Shown here: positions 49,510-60,557 of the stretch, in pieces
Layout: each line of letters opens with the position of its first letter
Position numbering within the stretch: position 1 is the stretch's first letter
Source of the DNA: Macrostomum lignano
Taxonomy: Eukaryota
Length of the DNA stretch: 64,000 nucleotides
Reading direction: 5' to 3'
Assembly: GCA_002269645.1 (NCBI GenBank)
Contig: NIVC01001245.1
Coordinates: 62,001-126,000 of the forward strand
Program-made: the position numbers and the translations under genes
The notes under the pieces: generated by a model
What the model saw: only the letters and a program-made list of their open reading frames with translations
Database searches by the model: none
What the model was told of the DNA's origin: nothing

Positions 49510-51660
49510 GCTTTTGCAGCCTATTTGGGCTTACGCGCATTTAATTTAATTTAAGATACGTTTGCCAATGTAGTGGAGCTTTTGTCTATGGTAGCAAGGC
49601 TGCATTTACTTTGATCCAACAAACATCAATTTGGTCCATAGCTTCAATTGCAACTGCTGTGGAGGAGCAAGATCAGCCCCAGAATTGTGGATCATATGCT
49701 GGGCTGTCGAACGAATGCCCCATTGGCTTGTGATCGAAGCAATCGACAGAAGTGAACACCCAAATGACATTGCAAGGTTTCTGAATGTAAAATATGGTTT
49801 ACAGCATCCAGCAGCGCTTTGAAACCACTGGCAGCAGAGATCGCCTGCGAAGGGGTGGCAATCGCCAAGGCAAGTTGCTCGAGAGCCTCAGATCCAACTC
49901 GATGCAGTTGAGACGAACCCTTTGTTGATACTGCAGAAAATGCAGCAGAAGTTGAAGGAAAAGTTCCAGTTGGTTATCAGATTTCGACCAGGAGCAGAGC
50001 TCTGGAAAAGTGACTGAAAAGTGTTGCTAGAGACGCTGACATTCCAGCAGTACGAAACAACCTGCAGACAGTTGCAAGAGGGTAAGAGTTTGTCCAATGG
50101 CTAACGAGCGTTTTGGACCAAATTGATACTTGTTGGACCAAATGAAATGCCGCTGTGCCAGCCTTGCTACTATAGACAAAAGGCTCCGTTACATTGCTAT
50201 GCACTTTTGGTGACAATAACACGCGCGTGGGATGCGTGTTAATGTCATTTTGGACATTAACACGCAACGGCAATTTAAACAATAACAAAGGGTAAATTTT
50301 AATTTTTTATGTTAGAAAAACATCAAAAACTGTTCAACAAAGAAATCGTATGTTAATCAGTTAATACCAGGCCTACACAGAAACGTCACTCAAAAAGAAT
50401 ATCGATCAGATTGCGACTGCCGCCAATGGTCACTTCCATCTTCTTTGACGGAGCAGCCTGCACACGTAGTGCGCCGTCGGTCTGGACAGGCTCTTGATAA
50501 ACATCCGCACATTCCTCCAACGTAGCCTCGCTTATTGTGATTGGATTTTGGACGAGCTAGCTTAACGATCTTATTGACATTAGTTTCAGAAACTGTATGA
50601 TTCAGCGCCTGATCCACAGCCAGAGATTATACAAACTGCGATCACGACGCCTCGATAAATAGCGCTTAACAGTTCGCTCACACTTTCGCCCAGTGATGAG
50701 CAAGATCTCCTGGATAGTCTGGCCACAGGCATCCAGGTGGCACGCTCTAGTTACTCTGCAGTTTAAGAAAATTTGGCAACTGATTTGTCAAATTCAGATT
50801 CAAATGTGTTCACAGAGACACATGAATATGGTTGGGCAAAAGTACAGGTCAAACTATCTACCAAATGCAGCGGTCGGTGTACACCTTAGTAAGGCGTGCT
50901 TTCTCACTGACGTTCTTCATAAACCCAAGAAGATAGCGAAAGCCTCTAGCAGCTTTTCTCGGAGAATCTATAGCGGTTCGCTGCATCTTGACTGTCTAAT
51001 GACCTTGGGCATGATCGAATGACGTGCAAATCAAGTCGAATTCACCGGATGTTACTTCTGAAATCTCACCATTCGGCATGGCTCCGTAGTTAAATAGAGG
51101 AGGCAGAACTTCTGCCACTGTAGTTGGCTCTGCGTCAGCCATGGCGATTTCGTTTGCATAAATGAAAGATGCAAGCAATCAAATCTGCTGTCTTTCTACT
51201 CAACTCTCTTAAACCTTCTGTCTCCCTCTTTATGGGATCAAAAAACTACAGTGCATATTAATGTTATGCATAACATAACATTGCTATGCGCTTTCGTCTA
51301 TGGCATTAGTTGGCGCCGGAAGGAGTCGAGGAGGGGGGAGAGTGAGAATGGGGGTGTGGGGGCGAAGCCCCCACTTTCTACAATGAAATTTAAATAAATT
51401 TTAGTCTATGGCCCACATCGACATTAATATGCACTGTAGTTTTTTGATCCCATAAAGAGGGAGACAGAAGGTTTAAGAGAGCTGAGTAGAAAGACAGCAG
51501 ATTTGATTGCTTGCATCTTTCATTTACGTAAACGAAATCGCCATGGCTGACGCAGAGCCAACTACAGTGGCACTCAAAAATAGTGCAGTAGAATATATCA
51601 TTGGCAAACGTATCTTGGATTAAATTGAATGCGCGAAGGCCCAAATGGGCTGCAAAAAGC
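49510..51660. repeat. Nested inverted-repeat complex
   Basis: Three arm pairs: 49510-49570/51600-51660, 49575-49640/50105-50195 and 51113-51268/51419-51572. Confidence 0.8.
49710..50090 (+). mobile_element. Tc1/IS630-like transposase N-terminal HTH remnant
   Basis: VIEAIDRSEHPNDIARFLNV-(fs)-MVYSIQQRFETTGSRDRLRRGGNR-(fs)-AVETNPLLILQKMQQKLKEKF; frameshifts and a stop. Confidence 0.55.
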
Positions 51661-54545
51661 TATTTTACTTGCGTGTCCAAAAGACTTGTAAATGTTTAAA
51701 GAGAGGTATGTTTACACCACAGATACTCGAATAACTAGTAGATACTCGTATAGTTATTCTGTTATCTGTGGTTGACAGCTTTTTATATTGACTGTAGATA
51801 ATTAAACTATAACATGTGCTACATGCTTTTGTGACCGTGACTAATTAATGGGAATAATTATTTAACAATAGTAGGATTTGCTGAGGAAATTTCTCCCTGA
51901 CATTCTTTGCTGTCTTCTAACGGATGAAATTCGAGAACACGGACTAACTTTTTGTTGCGCACCTTCTTAAACAAGAACCAAGTCACCAGACCTCCGGACC
52001 GTCAAGAAATTCAACGATTCTGTTAAAAGGTCGGATTTTTTCCGTAATCGCTTGTGTATTCAGTCAAGGACTTCTAGACTAGACTAGAAGTCCTTGTATT
52101 CAGTACTCCCCTGTGCGCCTTGCCTCAGTGCAGCCTTGCCAAGCCTCCAAATTTCATCAGCACGTCGACCACATGGTCTGCATCAACTGTAACTTCGTTG
52201 ATCACTAGCCTTCACCCAGGCGGAGCTTCTGGACCTTCATCAGGTGGACTACGAGTATATAGGACCTTGGAACCATATTACGAATTTCCTCTGATGTCCC
52301 TGATCTGCTAGGTCAGCTACGTAATCCTCAACTAGTTTCTCAAGCATTCGGTCGGGCGGAAAAATAGTTTAGGATTCCTACCGTTAAAATATGTTACTTT
52401 CTCGGCTGTACACAGAAATAGCATAGGCAACCTAAAATGAAGCATAGGAGCTTTCATGCGAACAATTTTGGTACGAGAGTAAAGGTGGAAAATTTTCTTA
52501 TCGTAGCTGGCACTCAAAGAAAAGCTGCAATTCATATTTGACTTTTGCTCAAAGAAGTCGCCGGTATGGAACGGACTGTTCTGAACTAATTGAAAAGGAC
52601 TGCTGCTGGCTTCTGATTGCTAATTGCATCGCCGTACAGTAATATCAGGGACCAAGTTCTTTTCGGTGTAAGAGACTACTAGTTTTGCAGTAATGCAGTG
52701 AACATTAATCGATCAAATTTTAAGCTTGAAAGCTTTAGAAAATTATATGGAAAATTCCAAACAACTTGGCCAGTTAGCAGTTTACCCCCCACTGTCAAGA
52801 TGAATTCGGTAATTAATCATGCATAAACGGTCTGACTGACTCCCGGTGCGCGGCGAGGACATGTAAACATCCGCGATGGGATCTGATGGCATCTGCTGGT
52901 GACTTGAATCATTCTTCAACGCAGGGTCAAGTGCGGTTCGGTCTTTGACTACCCCAGTTACCCATCAGCCCCGGCAGCTACCCCAGACCCGCAGACCGAA
53001 TGCAACTATTGTGTATCCAACAAAACTATACCCGAATTCCTATTTGGAAAAGTTTTGTCACGTGATTGAAAGAAAATTTTTGCGTCGCTTGGCTTTCGCT
53101 GGCTCGGAGCCATGGAGATCTATAACAACAGAATCTGGAGAGCCAACTTAAAATTAAATAACGATATGGTTAGCAAAATGAATTCTCATTTAGTCTCAAA
53201 TCGTACGTAGTCTATTCTGATTTTCATGGATGTAGCCTGAGATACAACAATAGGAATAATGGGATTCCGTGTGACAGAGTAACACTTTTTTACACTACAA
53301 CTTTAAGTCAAAACACAAGGAATAGGTTTTTCATAATTTCAATCTGACTGAGTTACTAAAAAATTGGTTTATCCAAGAAATTATGAAAAATTGCCGCCCC
53401 TCTGTTAATGAAATTAATGATTCGAAAATTTTAGCACTCCAGATATTTGTTTTTAAGATCGCCTTGACAGAGATCGTGGAAAGATACCGGATGGGGGGTC
53501 GACCAGCCTGCAGGTTTAACAATCCAGCATTTGGGACTCTCTCAATTATCTGCAGGGCACGGGGGACACGGGACTGGCCTGTGTGCGTATAGCGCCCACT
53601 GCAGACAGTTGTTGTCGTCCAGTAAAAATAGTTAGGAGTAAATTTTTTTAATTTTCATACCAGCCATTCGGCTGCTTTCGGCGGCGCGTCAGCGCTCGTA
53701 AAAATTAGTCCGACATGACGCGAGAAACCTTTTCGTTTCGCGGAAAAAAGCGCCGTCGAAACGCTTCCATCTGTAAAATATGCTATTTTTGGAGAGTTTA
53801 TGCTATGGGCGATCGGCACAGGGCCTAGAGGTCCAACAATAGTTCTGCTATTGTCAAAACCGCTGCAGACCAAGAGTTTGACAGCTATTGTAAAGCAGAC
53901 TTTAATAGTTTCTGCGATGGCAGCCAATTCTATAATTAATTAAAGCTGGTCACTAACTGATCGCTTTATGACTGGATGCTTAGAACTAATTATGAACAAT
54001 TCGGGCCCTAAGCCCTAAATTCGAACGATTCAAAAACATTCAAGCTAAGTGCTGATTCAAGTATATGCAAGTCTATATAATTTTATTGCGTCATGCACAC
54101 GGACTGCTGCAATTAGATTGGAGGTAATAAAAAAAGAGAAAAAACTTGCGAGGTAATTAACACAATTGTTAAACATGACTCAGCCAGTGCTTTGAAATTT
54201 TTAGACAACTGGAGAGTTAATCGTTGCTTAAGATGGGGAGTAGATATAATAGTGGGATAAGCCGATGAGGCAAGACTGCAGTGCCAGTGTGAGTTGCGTT
54301 CACCTTTAAAAAATTAACATGAGTACATCAAAGCAAATAGTGATCAGGGAATTACAAGGAAACAAGAGATAGATGACAACTTATTTCCTACACTAATTTT
54401 TAGCAAAAAATGATCAAAAGTCTGGTTTAACTGACTGCTGCTATTGCTATTCGAAAGAGTCTTTAAAGAACTTATCAGAAAAACTTTAAATATGAACCCT
54501 TATGAGTTGGACGTCCGTAGCGAATCAATAATAGATTCAAAGCAT

Positions 54546-55769
54546 TTACATCCGATACTTGGCAACTGGCATTATGACCATACAGACGCACACGTTGGTG
54601 AGCGTGAGACCGATGTACAGCGTCATGAAGAAGCAGTCCTGCCGCTGTAGTCCCTTATGCCGGCTGCTGCGAAGCCGACGCTCCTTTACCTTGGTCACCA
54701 TCCCGTTGGTGTCCTCTGTATAGTAGGTGTTCGGCGTGTTGCCGCCAGTGAAATTGTTTCTGATAGCCAAAAATGTGAACAAAATCAGCAGTCCCATTTG
54801 GACCATGATGTAAATGCCTAGCAGCGGGATTGTCTGCATGGACTTCGGCGCACTCGAACTGGTGATCATCACGTAGAGAGTCATGGTGAGCAGAATGGCA
54901 ATCGACATGCTCACCCGATCTCCGGCTTCGTCAGCCAGAAACATGAGGCACACCATGAACGACAGCATGAAGAAGGGCACGACAATCACGAATATGTAAT
55001 AGTACGGCTTGCGTCTGACTTCAATCTTCACCTCGAAGTAGTCCCACATCTGGTTGACATTGTCGTCGAAGAAGTTTTTCTCCTCGATGCTGAAGCTGAT
55101 GATGTCCCATTCGCTGACGAACTTTGATATATTGGCCATGCGAATGTTACTTTTGGGCAGGTGGATGCGGTAGCTACCGCGGTAGCTGGTCCACGGTCCG
55201 AATTGAAAGTCGCATTTTTGTGAGTCGAACGGAAAGAACATGACGTCAATGGGGCAGGCGACTGTTGTTACCAGATGGTAATATATGTAAACGGTTCCGT
55301 TGGGATACACAAGAGCTTCTACCGCCTTCAGCAGTCGAAAATCGAACTGGTTCTCTTTCTTGGTGTTGCTCAAACCGACATCCGGTATCCAGATGTAGTC
55401 GGCGGGTACTTTGATCACGTTCAGGTTGCCATACTCGCTCGCATTCCACACCAGGCGCGGGTCGAACCACAAAAAGGCCGTCCAGACTCCGATCTCTAGG
55501 ATCTCCTTTTCGTCAAGTCCATAGAAGTGCAATATCTGGAAGCTCATGTTTACCTGACTGGTGTTGCTGCCAATGGCCGGATAAACGTAGCGTCCATTCT
55601 GGCCGAAGTTGGCCAGCAGTTTAGTAATAAGTCCAGCAATCCGGTCCTCCATGTCGAAGTTGTGCCTCTCAGCAACTGCTGCAGAGACTGTCGTCGACTG
55701 TTGCACAGACGTTACAAACAGACACAGCAGCAGAAATGGTGCACCAGCAACTACGGACAAATTCAGCAT
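54546..55769 (-). CDS. Cys-loop ligand-gated ion channel subunit, nAChR-like, non-alpha type (407 aa, intronless)
   Basis: Signal peptide from the Met at 55769; WIPD loop A; Cys-loop CPIDVMFFPFDSQKC; RRKPYY pre-M1; four TM helices; no vicinal CC in loop C. Confidence 0.93.
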   Translation of the reverse strand: MLNLSVVAGAPFLLLCLFVTSVQQSTTVSAAVAERHNFDMEDRIAGLITKLLANFGQNGRYVYPAIGSNTSQVNMSFQILHFYGLDEKEILEIGVWTAFLWFDPRLVWNASEYGNLNVIKVPADYIWIPDVGLSNTKKENQFDFRLLKAVEALVYPNGTVYIYYHLVTTVACPIDVMFFPFDSQKCDFQFGPWTSYRGSYRIHLPKSNIRMANISKFVSEWDIISFSIEEKNFFDDNVNQMWDYFEVKIEVRRKPYYYIFVIVVPFFMLSFMVCLMFLADEAGDRVSMSIAILLTMTLYVMITSSSAPKSMQTIPLLGIYIMVQMGLLILFTFLAIRNNFTGGNTPNTYYTEDTNGMVTKVKERRLRSSRHKGLQRQDCFFMTLYIGLTLTNVCVCMVIMPVAKYRM

Positions 55770-56849
55770 TTTCGATTCGATATCTAAGGGTGCATTCAAA
55801 GAGTTCGACAGAGACTGGCCTGACGCGTCACTTAACAGTAAATCAGATCGGTGTGAGACTTGCCAGCTGAATTGAAAGTCGCTTCCCTCCGGCCGAGATC
55901 TGAGAGCCAACAGCAGAAGCCTCTCCTTATTTCAATCCGCTATATTCTCTATTTCCACTTCTCTCCCAGGCCTTCTCTTTGTTCCCCTCTCACTGGCGCC
56001 CTAATTTCGCCTGGCCCACTGCAGCGATGCGGAACAAATCAAAAGTTTCTGCCTCTCGTCTCTCCCCCTTTCTGCCGACCGCGTCGTCCACACTGCAGCG
56101 AAATGGCTTTTCTCGTCTTACTGCTTCACATTCGCTAGGGGCAGAGGCGCCGGCTGCCTGCGAGTGCATTGAGCTCGATGGCAAATGCGCAGCCCACTTA
56201 CAGCTGTTCCTCTGCAGCCTAGTTTACGCGTTTGTTGCCACCAAGTGCAAAGATGAACAAAGTGCCGAAATATGTCATTCAATTGGATTGCTGTCTTACA
56301 ACGCCACCGAAGCCTTCAAGCAAGCAAGTTTCCGTTCCTCAACTCTGAGAACGTGTCTTAATAGTTCAACGCATATTATTTAAGCTGTCGATAGCCTAGC
56401 GAGAGACTGTAGGGCTTTGTTTGTCATTCATTGATCTAACGAAAAACTCCATACTGACTCGTGTTTGCCAAGACAAGAGCGGGGGAACAAGAGAGGGGAA
56501 ACAGAAGCTTTTTAGGCGATAACATGGCGCTGAGAATGACTGAGCATGTAGGAGAGCTAAAGGAATGCTTTTGCTGCTGAGAGAAAGTGGACCGTTGAGG
56601 GACACGATTGGGAGCAGCTGGTTGGAGCAACCAGAGATTCCCAAAGTATGCAAGGCATGCACATGCTGCAGTTCCCAAATAAGTAGTTTGATATACATTC
56701 TTCACTGTTTACAACAAATTCGGTTAGTTTCTTTGCAACGCTGAATAACTACTCGATGCCGGACTCATGCCTGATCCGAACAAAGTCGTTTACGAGAGAT
56801 CTTTTATAGGATAAATTTACTAATTCGATGCCTAAAGTTACGTTGTTTA

Positions 56850-57131
<282 letters not shown>

Positions 57132-57492
57132 TTTTTTTTTATTAGAGGCAGGGGGTTGTGTGCACCCTGGCGCATTTTAAGCGACATAGGCACACAACCG
57201 GCGAGAGGCATTACTGCCCATTCCGCCGACTCCCCTGAGCAGGCATACAAGCGCGCGGATACGTACGCAGGCACACACTCACACAGGAGTGTACAGCGGC
57301 CCTAACTTTATTTTATCGTTAGGCATGCACACTTCATTGCGCCTTGGGGGGTTGGCTCTCAAGGCTGTTAATTGCACGAGCAGAGCCAAGCCGAGATTCC
57401 AATTCAGCCCCAAATTAATGTGACTGCACTTGGAATCGAGCCTGGGTCGCTGGCACACCAGAGCCTGCGCTACCGCTGGGCTACGGCCCCCC
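57132..57492 (-). mobile_element. tRNA-derived SINE family 2 embedded in the (GAT)n tract
   Basis: Minus strand starts GGGGGCCGTAGCCCAGCGGTAG...GGCTCGATTCC and ends in an A-rich tail; body homologous to 61350-61500. Confidence 0.75.
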
Positions 57493-57535
<43 letters not shown>

Positions 57536-57560
57536 AATGATGATGATGATTATTATTACT
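57493..57560. repeat. (GAT)n microsatellite, right arm
   Basis: About 20 units grading into (TAT). Confidence 0.95.
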
Positions 57561-58153
57561 ATTGTTTTTATCCTTTTTATATTATTAAGAATTGATACTA
57601 TTTTTGTCGGTATTGTTAGTAAAAATAATTGTCTAAACAAACACAGAATGAAACAAAATTGTCAAATTTAATGTGCCCGTTCGTGTCTTTCCTACGGACT
57701 TGAAACCTCACTAATTAAGTCACTGCTTTGTCACTCAAGGTCTGCGAAAGACTACTCAAAAATACCCGGTACCTCATTCTACTAAAAGCAAGCATTCAAA
57801 TCTGTTGAAGAACTCTGATCCGCCATTGTCCGTGACCCATCGCTGCCGGTTCACTTTTGAAGTCAGTTGCAATTTTAATTCTGCAATAATTGATGACAGT
57901 ATTGTCCAAGTAACCATTTTCGATTTGAGACAATCGTGTCCATTGTTCTCAAGCCATACAGCGGTTAATGGATTGTGAAGGAGATTTCCAATTAATTCTT
58001 TGTTAAAATCGATTTTAACGCATTTCAAACTGGTAGTCTAGAAGTTTAATTAGTTGCAGAGTTTGTTAAAAGTACATTATATTTATGCACTAGAAAAGCG
58101 TTAAATTAAGTCACTGTATCCTTGTCTTGTTCAGTGACCTTTCTTTAAACAAA

Positions 58154-59306
58154 TTTTACCCAAGAGAATTTTACCCAACAGAATCTTAACCAAAAGAATT
58201 TCACCCCAGAAAAAATCTTGCCAAAGAGAATCTTATGAAGCTTACCAAAGAGAATCTTACCCAAGAGAATCTTACCCAAGAGAATCTTACCCAACAGAAT
58301 CTTACCCAACAGAATCTTACCCAACAGAATCTTACCCAACAGAATCTTACCCAACAGAATCTTACCCAACAGAATCTTACCCAACAGAATCTTACCCAAC
58401 AGAATCTTACCCAACAGAATCTTACCCAACAGAATCTTACCCAACAGAATCTTACCCAACAGAATCTTACCCAACAGAATCTTACCCAACAGAATCTTAC
58501 CCAACAGAATCTTACCCAACAGAATCTTACCCAACAGAATCTTACCCAACAGAATCTTACCCAACAGAATCTTACCCAACAGAATCTTACCCAACAGAAT
58601 CTTACCCAACAGAATCTTATGAATCTTACCCAAGAGAATCTTACCCAACAGAATCTTATGAATCTTACCCAAGAGAATCTTACCCAACAGAATCTTATGA
58701 ATCTTACCCAACAGAATCTTATGAATCTTACCCAAGAGAATCTTACCCAAGAGAATCTTACCCAACAGAATCTTACCCAAGAGAATCTTACCCAAGAGAA
58801 TCTTACCCAAGAGAATCTTACCCAAGAGAATCTTACCCAAGAGAATCTTACCCAAAAGAATCTTACCCAACAGAATCTTACCCAACAGAATCTTACCCAA
58901 CAGAATCTTACCCAACAGAATCTTACCCAAGAGAATCTTACCCAAAATAATCTTACCCAACAGAATCTTACCCAACAGAATCTTACCCAACAGAATCTTA
59001 CCCAACAGAATCTTACCCAACAGAATCTTACCCAACAGAATCTTACCCAACAGAATCTTAGCCAACAGAATCTTACCCAACAGAATCTTACCCAAGAGAA
59101 TCTTACCCAAGAGAATCTTACCCAAGAGAATCTTACCCAAGAGAATCTTACCCAAGAGAATCTTACCCAAGAGAATCTTACCCAAGAGAATCTTACCCAA
59201 GAGAATCTTACCCAAGAGAATCTTACCCAAGAGAATCTTACCCAAGAGAATCTTACCCAAGAGAATCTTACCCAAGAGAATCTTACCCAAGAGAATCTTA
59301 CCCAAA
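58154..59306. repeat. 15-bp satellite, about 75 units
   Basis: Unit CCCAA(C/G)AGAATCTTA; four 24-bp variants with extra TGAATCTTA between 58619 and 58730. Confidence 0.97.
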
Positions 59307-60254
59307 TCCACTGCGCTCTCCCCGCTCTCCAGGTGCGGATATCAATTGCACTTCAAATTTCCCACTCTGAGCACACCATGCCAGCTTACGCAGGCGACGG
59401 AATCCGAAATTGAAAAGCTTCCCTGGGTTTTGTTTTATTAATTAATATTTCGAGTATCTTGAGACTCTTCACACTCAGAGTAAGCCCTGCCAAAGTGTAC
59501 AAAGATACGGAGAATGAGGTTGGCAAGAGTAGGCAGTCTGTGTTTGCAAAGCGCCACTCAGAGATCGTATATATGATGCTCGGTGGGCTGTACTGATCAA
59601 CTTTCTGGCAGGGTGCAAAGAGGAACCTCTTTTTTGTTTGTACGACATGATTTATACTCTTGACATTTACCTAGACTTTAGTTATGATATGCTATGAGCA
59701 ATGGAAGACACCGTCTTGGAACTGAAGTTCAAGAGGACAAACCAATTCAGCCACTAAGGTAAACAGGCTGATTTTTAGTATTGCAGGCTAAAAGAAATGC
59801 AGGCTTACCTAAAAAACAAAATAAAACATAATTTGAAATGGCAAGCAAGAAAATTCTAAGGGTACTACTGTAGCGTATAAGTAGAACAATAGAAATATTT
59901 TGAAGTACTTTTCTAACTTTTGAAAAAGACAAATACGGAAATAAAGGAAACTTATATAGAAACGTTGTTGTTTGTGCTAGATTTCATCAGACTTTCATTG
60001 AGTTTAACTCGCATTTAACTGACAATCAATTTGGCAAAAAAAATTTTACAGCTTAAGATTCATAACATAAGTGTTTAAAATGAAATCAATAATTAATAAA
60101 CAGGTATTATTTTGCAATTTTATTTCAAATCGGAACATTTTTACACTACCTTATAGGTCAGTTTGGTACGAGCTGTGAGAGAAATTAAACAAATGTGTTA
60201 TATGTTCAACTATGTTTTCGATAAGGCCTTCATTCCACAAGCCTTTCTGAGGCT

Positions 60255-60503
60255 ATCAGTGGGGGTTGTAGCCTAGTGGTTGGAGCGTGGTACTCACGAC
60301 TTGAAGGTCGTGGGTTCGATTCCCGATCCCACTGGAACAATTTGTGCCCTTGAGCAAGACACTTAGCTCTTCATTTTTTTTCAGTTCACCCAGCTGTAAA
60401 ATGGGTGCCAGCATCAGCTGGGGTAATTGAGGGTGTGTGTGGCGACCCCCCAGTCCTTGGACTGAACAGCCGTACGCAGCCTTCAGATGCGCCGCGCAAT
60501 AGC
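60255..60503 (+). mobile_element. SINE family 1, copy 2
   Basis: tRNA-like head with A/B boxes, CCTTGAGCAAGACACTTA...CTGTAAAATGGG core, tail CAGCCTTCAGATGCGCCGCGCAATAGC shared with copy 1. Confidence 0.88.
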
Positions 60504-60557
60504 ATATCTATCGAGCCCGAGTCCAATGTACACCTCTTATAGTTTCATTCTCAATAC

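Noticed and set aside
55770-55910. 47-aa N-terminal extension of the Cys-loop ORF
   Set aside because: The signal peptide begins at the Met at 55769; the extension is probably 5' UTR.
55979-56383. Cys-rich ORF head-to-head with the Cys-loop gene
   Set aside because: No recognisable domain or splice support.
56400-56700. 3' fragment of another RTE-like LINE
   Set aside because: Only vague motif similarity across several stops.
58145-59413. LGKIL and QQNLT pentapeptide-repeat proteins
   Set aside because: A stop-free 15-mer gives such ORFs automatically; no signal peptide, splice context or codon-position bias seen.
60261-60332. tRNA genes (CAC anticodon-like) here and at 29721 and 61041
   Set aside because: Poorly paired stems and a shared downstream body mark them as SINE heads.
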